NCBI GenBank assembly: GCA_964016885.1
Contig: OZ024750.1
Location: 44,888,001 to 44,952,000, forward strand
Origin: Eledone cirrhosa
Lineage: Eukaryota
Direction: 5' to 3'
DNA length: 64,000 bases
Made by a program: the position numbers and the translations under genes. Below, one piece after another: positions 56,368 to 64,000 of this stretch (its first letter is position 1; each line of letters begins with the position of its first letter). The notes under the pieces were generated by a model. The model had not been told where the DNA came from. It made no database searches and saw only the letters and a list, made by a program, of their open reading frames with translations.

Positions 56368-56810
56368 ATTTCAGGATACAAACATACAAGAAATTAGAAC
56401 ACAATAGGAGTGGCCTGTTGGATTTTGACAAAGAAAAACGATCGTGCCTCATTGTAGATGTAGCCTGCCCCTTTTGACACAAGAGTGCAAGAACATGAGA
56501 AGAAGAAAATTAACCGAAACCAGGATTTAAAGTGGGAATTAAAAAGGATTTGGGACTGTCATGAGATCAAGGTCGTCCGATTGTCATAGGAGCACTAGGT
56601 ACTATCTCGAAGAGTTTTCAATGATGGTTAAAGAAGATTAGTTCATCCCCCTTTTTGGAACACTTTGAAAGACATGCTTGCTTGTAACAGCAAGAACCCT
56701 CCGATACGTCCTGAATATCTGAGGCTGCAGGTAGCGGCATGATGTTCATTTGAGCAAACTTTCCAGTTAAATAACATCAATGACTGAGACTCCAAGAAAA
56801 TAATTAATAA
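56368..56810 (+). mobile_element. 5'-truncated, decayed non-LTR retrotransposon, restriction-like endonuclease C-terminus (R4/Dong-like) plus 3' UTR
   Basis: Frameshifted translation IQTYKKLEHNR..DKEKRSCLIVDVACPF/DTRVQEHEKKK..QDLKWELKRIW..GALGTISK..TARTLRYVLNI*, followed by a (TAA)-like tail. Confidence 0.8.
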
Positions 56811-56819
56811 CAATAATTG

Positions 56820-56978
56820 TTTCTACTTTTGGCACAAAGCCAGCAATTAACCTTATTTTATCGTCCCTGTAAGGATGAAAGGCAAAGTCAACCTTGGCGG
56901 GATTTGAACTCAGATCGTAAAGGGACGTAACTATGCTGGAAAGCATGGCGTCCGACGCTCTATCGACACTGCTAATCT
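56820..56978 (-). mobile_element. Fourth copy of the SINE-like repeat seen at 55,855-56,362
   Basis: aaggatgaaaggcaaagtcaaccttggcgggatttgaactcagatcgtaaagggacgtaact is nearly identical to 56,079-56,140. Confidence 0.8.
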
Positions 56979-57567
56979 AATGGGTTCTTTATTAGCTACA
57001 AATACCTGTGAACGAAAACAGAAATGATAGCAAGTCTCTCACTTCTTCACATTTCTGCTAGGAACACACCTCACACTACACTAGATACTAATTAGTCATT
57101 CACATAACAAATATTCACAACATCCAGATCACATACTTTACCCTAACACCACCAAATTATATAAATAGCAAATCAAATTCTCTACAGACTTAGCTCCCAA
57201 TAAAATATCACAACATTCTTACACAATATACATTCTATATTATAACACATATTACACACAACCTGCCTGTCACATAACATATTCTACATACTCAGCACTA
57301 AATGTTATAACACACCCACACAATACATAGCTAAGACAATAACTATTCGACATCATAATACAACACAATTCATGATAGGTAAATCATACATCAAATAACA
57401 ATAGTTACTTCGCATATCTTTTAAACGTAGAATGTAAATAGACTTTCGTCCGTCTCAATGATGTGTGTTTTGGTTGTTCGACAAACGGAAATTGTTCGTG
57501 AAATAAACGTAATTCTCAAGGTCATTCAATATGTAACTATGTGGTACATTTGATTTACATGTTTAAT

Positions 57568-57986
57568 CTATTCGGCCTCCACCCGCTTTCCTGTCGCCAC
57601 AGTGCCGGCCGCCTTCCACGCCGTGCTGCCCTCAACGAGGTCATAAAGCATGGCTTGGATGCTGCGGGCTTCCCTTCCCAGCTCGAGCCGGTGGAGCTGG
57701 AGCGAGGGGACGGCAAAAGGCCAGATGGCATGACCATTTTCCCGTTCCGCGGTGGCAGACCCCTCGTCTGGGGTGCTACTTGCACCGACACTTTCTGCAG
57801 CCGCAACCTGGTGTAGTCTGCGACTAACCCACGTTCTGCTGACGTCGGGCTGAGGAGGCCAAACTCCTCAAATACTGGTCGCTGTCCGGCAGGTTTGCGG
57901 TTATACCCCTGGCAGTGGAGACTTTTGGTGTCCTCGGCCCTAGGGCTACCTCCTTACTCACCACCATAGGCGCTGAGCTGGCCAGT
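57568..57986 (+). mobile_element. Non-LTR retrotransposon fragment, zinc-knuckle remnant plus REL endonuclease (CRE-like), pseudogenised
   Basis: GC-rich island translating HPLSCRHSAGR..LNEVIK..LEP..RGDGKRPDGMT..LVWGATCTDT, then a stop/frameshift, then AEEAKLLKY..PLAVETFGVLGP. Confidence 0.85.
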
Positions 57987-58529
57987 ATTTAAGTATGTGC
58001 ACTATCATATACATGCATAATGTATCTATTTGAAAATCTCTCTCTACCCAATTTCATTCACAAGACTTCGGTCGAAGTGTAAGATATGAAAAACTATTTT
58101 GGAATGATCTTTATGAAAAATAAATTTAAATTAAATGGCGAGGTCTTTATATCTAGGATATATTTACATGCAAATAATTGAGCAGTCTCTAATAAAAACT
58201 AAAAACATTATTAAAAGAAACAAAAAAAGGGAGAAAAAAAAGAAATGTAAAAAGAAAAAATGTCACGCAACGGAAGAAATGAGAGGTAGAGAGACAGACC
58301 ATGCAGCCCAGTCTGAGCAGTGACTTAGCTGCGCCTTGCGTACAAAACGGTCGACCCGAAGACATTGTAAATGATATTTACACAGGATACCCGGAACTTT
58401 ATGTTTGCAAATCCAGCTTCTCAAACACACAGGAATGCTGCGTCTAGTTACCAGACATAATGGATCAATAATTATCTAACTACATACGTATTAAATACTA
58501 TAATTATCTAATTACATACATATTAAATA

Positions 58530-59109
58530 CTAGTAGTGGAACCCGGCTTTTCACGGGATAAGGTCAACAGACATAATCGTGGAAAAACTGTTTGACTGGA
58601 CAATATGTAAAGAAAATAAACCAAATACTGTGATGGCTGGATAATCTTTAAGATTTTCCTCGATGAAGAGGAAAAATCCATGTTTTCACCTAATGCGGGC
58701 CCTAATGGATCAAGAAAATGAATTTTTTTTATGTGCATAATATGCTTTGAAATTTAGGGAAAATCGGCTAGACGTAACGCCTCAAAAAAAGCCCTAATAA
58801 GCTGAAAGAAATGAAGTTTTTCACCTAATGCGAGCCTAGGCGATAAAAAAGTTGGATTTTCTTTGCTCACGGTATAAAGAAGGGACTGACTAATACATAG
58901 TTACAATTTCAAGGAAATCTCTCTGACGTAACACGTAAAAAAACCCCTTAAAATGCTGAACAAAACGCAGATTTTCACCTAATGTAGGCTCTAGGGGATC
59001 AAAAAGTTGAATGTTTTTATGTGCATAACACTCCCTGAAACATAAGTAATACACAGGTAAAGTTTGAAAAACATCGGTTGGGTACTTCTCGAGTTTTAGG
59101 GATTCAGAC

Positions 59110-59146
<37 letters not shown>

Positions 59147-59172
59147 GACATCCTCAGTTTTATATATATAGA
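58530..59172 (-). mobile_element. Non-autonomous Helitron
   Basis: The minus strand starts A|TCTATATATATAAAA and ends with a CCCG..CGGG hairpin, then CTAG|T. There are three internal repeats of ttttcacctaatg... (58,683, 58,818, 58,972) and a (CA)n tract. Confidence 0.8.
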
Positions 59173-59610
59173 TGAATATGTTTATATTTTGTTTTTGTTG
59201 TTGGGAAAATAAGAGAGATGGGGAAAAACGTAGCCGTCATTGATGTTGTTTATCAAGTAGATATAATCCCAACCGTTGCAGTCAGTGCCGGATTTAGTAC
59301 AAATGAGGCCCTGTGTTTGTTAAGTTATGAGGCCCCTTATTTAGGCCCTGAAGGAGGTAAAACATTTTTTGTCAGGAGGATACCCGCCCACGCCAGCTCA
59401 CTCACTGGCCAACGGGACCCTGTGCTTAAGCACACCCAAGCAGGATGGTAAATTCAACTCTGGTTCAAGCAGTGAGCAGGCTGTATTCTGTTTATGAAAA
59501 GCTAAAACATCATTTTCCAGTATATTTTCTATTATTTATGACAGTAAAGAGCGAGTATTTGCAAGTGAAGCAACAGCTTAGAGGCAACGTCCAATGTACA
59601 GCAACTAGAG

Positions 59611-60918
59611 CAGGGCCGTGCAGCAGGTGGCACGCAGGCCAGAATCGGGCCCACCAGAACAGTCAGTGTGGCCCATGATGACCGTTTTTAATTGTTACCT
59701 TGTAAGCTTATTTAGAATTTTTTTCGTAACCGTAATACAATTTTCTGTTAGTTGACCTATACTAAAGGGCTTCACTGATAGGGTTATGTGTGTTATAATT
59801 TCCCAGTTGACCTATACTAAAGGGCTTCTCTGATAGGGTTATGTGTATTATAATTTCCCAGTTGACCTATACTAAAGGGCTTCACTGATAGGGTTATGTG
59901 TGTTATAATTTCCCAGTTGACCTATACTAAAGGGCTTCACTGATAGGGTTATGTGTGTTATAATTTCCCAGTTGACCTATACTAAAGGGCTTCATTGATA
60001 GGGTTATGTGTGTTATAATTTCCCAGTTGACCTATACTAAAGGGTTTCATTGATAGGGTTATGTGTGTTATAATTTCCCAGTTGACCTATACTAAAGGGC
60101 TTCTCTGATAGGGTTATGTGTGTTATAATTTCCCAGTTGACCTATACTAAAGGGCTTCACTGATAGGGTTATGTGTGTTATAATTTCCCAGTTGACCTAT
60201 ACTAAAGGGCTTCACTGATAGGGTTATGTGTGTTATAATTTCCCAGTTGACCTATACTAAAGGGCTTCATTGATAGAGTTATGTGTGTTATAATTTCCCA
60301 GTTGACCTATACTAAAGGGCTTCATTGATAGGGTTATGTGTGTTATAATTTCCCAGTTGACCTATACTAAAGGGCTTCTCTGATAGGGTTATGTGTGTTA
60401 TAATTTCCCAGTTGACCTATACTAAAGGGCTTCACTAATAGGGTTATGTGTGTTATAATTTCCCAGTTGACCTATACTAAAGGGCTTCTCTGATAGGGTT
60501 ATGTGTGTTATAATTTCCCAGTTGACCTATACTAAAGGGCTTCTCTGATAGGGTTATGTGTGTTATCATTTCCCAGTTGACCTATACTAAAGGGCTTCTC
60601 TGATAGGGTTATCTGTGTTATAATTTCCCAGTTGACCTATACTAAAGGGCTTCACTGATAGGGTTATGTGTGTTATAATTTCCCAGTTCCATGTTATGGA
60701 ACGAAGTTGTGGTGAATCTTTGGAATAGTGCTTAATAAATATTAATGGCTCTAATAGTTGTTCTGATAGGGTTATGTGTGTTATAATTTTCCATTACCAT
60801 GTTATGGAACGAAGTTGTGGGGAATCTTTGGAATAGTCCTTAATAAATATTAATAGCCCTAATAGTTGTTCCAATGTTCAAATGTGACCCGCCAATGGAA
60901 TATGTTGCACACCCATTG
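59611..60918. mobile_element. hAT-type non-autonomous element containing a tandem array
   Basis: Imperfect TIRs cagggccgtgcagca / tgttgcacacccattg. The 8-bp TSD is aactagag / aactagaa. Confidence 0.75.
59750..60684. repeat. 55-bp minisatellite, 17 near-identical copies (agttgacctatactaaagggcttcactgatagggttatgtgtgttataatttccc)
   Basis: 935 bp = 17 x 55. There are few substitutions and no unique spacers. Confidence 0.97.
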
Positions 60919-61200
60919 AACTAGAACAACTGCATACAGACAATTTCTTACATAGCAAGTGGAGCAACTACAAAGAAGCAACTTTCTCTATAGCATGTGG
61001 AACAACTCTATATGGGCAACTTCCAATATAGCATGTCCTGCAAATATAGAGAGGCAATTTCCTAGATATCAATTGAAAAAACTCATAGAGGCAACTTTAT
61101 ATATATAGCATTTGAAGCAACAACATAGAAGCAGCTTCTTCTATAGCTAGTGTAGCATCTTCACTGAGACAACTTCTCATCCATATAACAAGCCAAGTAG
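60919..61200. repeat. Old degenerate ~38-bp tandem repeat (tagcatgtggagcaact...aggcaacttt)
   Basis: About 7 diverged units. The same motif appears at 59,560-59,610. Confidence 0.6.
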
Positions 61201-61714
61201 TTGCACAGAGGGAATCTCTTTCATTGATTCCTTGAATTCATGCTGGAAAGAATGTTTGTCATAAGCTGGTCTAATGCCAGCTACACCAAATATCTAAACA
61301 AAGACAGAACTGAAAGTAATCACAGAAAAACTCTTTCTGTCTCTTTCTCCCTCTCGCGCTATCTCTCCCACTCTCTCTCCCTCTCCCTCTATTTCTTCAC
61401 CTGTCTCTCCTTCTCTTCCTCATTTTCTCCCTCATTCTCGTTCATTCTATCATGTCCCTGTTACCTTGTTACGATGTCACTTCTTAACTAGTATCTCTGC
61501 CAATTTTTTGCTTCTCTATCTGTTCCACACACACACACACACACATACAAACATCTACACACACACACACACACACACACACCCACACACACACACACAC
61601 ACACATAATATCACTCCCAACGCATACTCATACACACATATATATTATACACTATTACGTTTAATCTCCAAGTTGTTTCGCATACAAACTCTCACCCATT
61701 AACTATTTTCTCTC

Positions 61715-61925
61715 TATATATACATGCATATATGTATGTATTTATGTATGCATATATGCATAAATGTATGTATGTATGTATGTATGTATGTATGTATGTA
61801 TGTATGTATGTATGTATGTATGTATGTATGTATGTATGTATGTATGTATGTATGTATGTATGTGTACATGAAGGTATGTATGTAAGCATGTACGTACGTA
61901 TGTATGTATATATGTGTATATGTAT
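61715..61925. repeat. (TATG)n microsatellite
   Basis: Directly visible. Confidence 0.95.
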
Positions 61926-61967
61926 AAAAATTAGAATTGGTGCTCTGAAATAGCCATATATATATAT

Positions 61968-62267
61968 GAATGTATATATAGTGTATTTTGCAATACACTT
62001 TATGCTGAATTAAAAGCATTTTGAAGACCGTATGCTATTGTTTTAGAGTAGTGACAGAGTCACTTACTTTAATTTCAGCAAACAGGGGGAGATAAAGCTA
62101 ACAAAGCCTTGTTTCTGCATTTATTGATGCTTATCAGCTTTATCTCCCCCTGTTTACTGAAATTAAAGTAAGTGAGTCTGTCACTACTCTAAAGCAATAG
62201 CATACGGTCTTCAAAATGCTTTTAATTAAGCATAAAGTGTATTGCAAAATACACTATATATACATTC
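61968..62267. mobile_element. 300-bp foldback/MITE-like palindrome (132-bp arms, 36-bp spacer)
   Basis: 61,968-62,099 is the reverse complement of 62,136-62,267 with about four mismatches. Confidence 0.85.
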
Positions 62268-62306
62268 GTGTATATGTATGGATGTATGTATTTATGTACG
62301 TATGTT

Positions 62307-62383
<77 letters not shown>

Positions 62384-62384
62384 T

Positions 62385-62560
62385 CTTCCAAAAGTAACGG
62401 CTGCATTTTGAAAGGGTATGTCAATATTTATTTATAAAACTGGTATATATTGTATTTTGTCTGATGAAAGCATACCATAATTTAACATGGTATCCTTGAA
62501 ATATGTACAATAAAATAGGTATGGTTTTATAAATATAGTTTCCATTTGTTAATATCGTAT
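62385..62560 (+). mobile_element. Short dispersed repeat, copy with hammerhead-like motif at 62,461-62,510
   Basis: Homologous to 49,562-49,740 and embedded in (TA)n. Confidence 0.75.
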
Positions 62561-62640
62561 ATATATATCTATATATATATATATACGTGGGAAAGTAAGA
62601 AATCGGATATTAGACCGTTAAATATTTTTATTTAAAACAC

Positions 62641-62680
62641 CACCTACGTACGTTTCGCCCAGTTGGGCTTCTCAAGGGCA
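62641..62680 (-). ncRNA. Variant minimal hammerhead-like motif in the Penelope 3' repeat
   Basis: Minus strand tgcc-CTTGAGAA-GCCCA-ac-TGGGC-GAAA-CGTACG-TA-ggtg: perfect stem II, palindromic stem III, GUA site, non-canonical core. Confidence 0.6.
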
Positions 62681-63085
62681 TAAATAATCAAAAGTGTTCC
62701 TTACATTGCTCGGAAAGAGTTTTGGGGGTTAAATCCACGTCAAGGTTCATTGCTCGCAAAAATAGCTTGTTTTGATTTTGCAGCAGGGCAAGGGAAGTAA
62801 CTATGGCCGGTGTTAGGGCAGTCTTTCCCGGACAAATTGTTTTATCCGCTACGAGATGAGGTTACAACCTTACCATTGTCGATACGCATGTAATCAACAC
62901 TTATTTTGAGAGTTTTTTTTCCGCAATTGTTTGTCTGAGTCGTTTGAGTCTGGGTCTGGTATGCAAGGATAGTTTCCTGTGTGTTATTTTGCAGGGCTGT
63001 TAAGAGTTTTTGCAGGGAGATCCGGTACACGGTTTCACTCCTCATCCTTAACCCATCTGAAGAAGGATATTTTCAAGCGATGTGT

Positions 63086-64000
63086 TCAATTTATCGCTGT
63101 TTCAGCTCTGCTGCTGATGAGCTCGTGGGGTGCAGTTATGATGTGGTAGAGCTTCATGAGGCAAAGATCGCATTTCCTCTTGAAGTTGTACGGTGCAGCA
63201 CTGCCGACAATATCCCAGTGCGTGGAGAAGCTGATGTTTAAGTCCTTTAGTGGTATGATGTAGTCCGCGAGCGAAGTGGAGTATCTTAGTTTTTTATTTG
63301 TGAAAGAGCGGAGATGTGTTCGAAACCTAATTTTGAACGGGCCGGAGGTAGCCCCTATATAAAGTTTAACGCTATTGTGGCTAGTTATAGTGCATCTATA
63401 TATAACCGTATCAGTCAAGCAGTATCCTCTAAGGGGGCAGCGTCCTCTGTCGCGGCAGTTGCAATTTCTGTCGTGGTTCCGTCTATTTCCCACGGTAAGG
63501 CTATCATTGTTAGCCACGCTACCGCAGCTGTCGTTAGCACCATTACAACCCACAGCACGCGGGGTGGTGCGATTGTTATTCCGCACGTCATGTACTGCAT
63601 GTTCCCCAGTCATTTCGCGGTTATGCTGGTTGCATCTGCGGATGCCGTTGCCAACACTATTGGATGCTGCCAGGGAGTTAAGGCCGATATAGTTATTGTC
63701 TGGTGTAGGTGCGTATGAGTCGAGGTGCTGTGTCTTGGTGATCTTACTGTGGTTCGTTGTTCCTATGATGTCTGCTAGGTTAGGACTAGTAGAGAAGGAT
63801 ATTTTTATATTGTTCCTATTAAGAATTTTTCTATGTCTATGGGTGGGCGGGAAGTTCTTCTCTAAGGCTTCGAAGAACATCCGGGGTATGTTGGAGGCCA
63901 CACTCCGAGAGTAGGGGGAGGGGAACCATAGGACGTTACGGTGGGGATTACGTGTCCTTGTACGTTTGCTACGGGTGGTTCCATCTAGGTGACCGCTCTT
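63086..64000 (-). CDS. Penelope-like RT thumb/linker plus GIY-YIG endonuclease (partial ORF)
   Basis: RNVLWFPSPYS..KILNRNNIKISFS..CNCRDRGRCPLRGYC..VIYRC..KLYIG..FKIRFRTHLRSF..WDIV..CDLCL. These motifs are typical of Penelope-like elements. Confidence 0.85.
   Translation of the reverse strand, partial: KSGHLDGTTRSKRTRTRNPHRNVLWFPSPYSRSVASNIPRMFFEALEKNFPPTHRHRKILNRNNIKISFSTSPNLADIIGTTNHSKITKTQHLDSYAPTPDNNYIGLNSLAASNSVGNGIRRCNQHNREMTGEHAVHDVRNNNRTTPRAVGCNGANDSCGSVANNDSLTVGNRRNHDRNCNCRDRGRCPLRGYCLTDTVIYRCTITSHNSVKLYIGATSGPFKIRFRTHLRSFTNKKLRYSTSLADYIIPLKDLNISFSTHWDIVGSAAPYNFKRKCDLCLMKLYHIITAPHELISSRAETAIN

Larger units (their letters stand above)
62586..64000 (-). mobile_element. Penelope-like retroelement 3' part (Naiad-like), continuing beyond the window end
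   Basis: GIY-YIG ORF, then a ~450-bp 3' region with a hammerhead-like motif and AATAAA, abutting (TA)n. Confidence 0.88.

Noticed and set aside
59750-60684. CRISPR-like array
   Set aside because: Head-to-tail 55-mers without unique spacers, in eukaryotic context.

Overview
Eukaryotic, AT- and microsatellite-rich genomic DNA. The SINE sequences and repeat landscape look cephalopod/octopus-like, which is an inference. Positions 1-35,872 are one array of a 24-bp unit (GGTGATGGTATTGGTGTTGTTGTT, about 1,490 units, open at the window start, 200-N gap at 10,005-10,204). On the minus strand it encodes mucin-type PIPSPTTT repeats behind a candidate splice acceptor near 35,998. The unit has no stop in any minus-strand frame, and one open frame runs 35,912->18,339 (about 5,857 codons), cycling through [16 protein letters not shown] and NTITNNNT blocks. 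The other 28 kb is intron/intergenic-like: microsatellites, tRNA-derived SINEs, hAT MITEs (one carrying a 17x55-bp array), a non-autonomous Helitron, two REL-type LINE fragments, several large inverted repeats, and Penelope-like elements with hammerhead-like motifs. The Penelope-like element at the right end has a Naiad-like CxCx5Cx5C motif and an in-frame UGA where a conserved Cys is expected. Nearly all ORF-track entries are translation artefacts of simple repeats.
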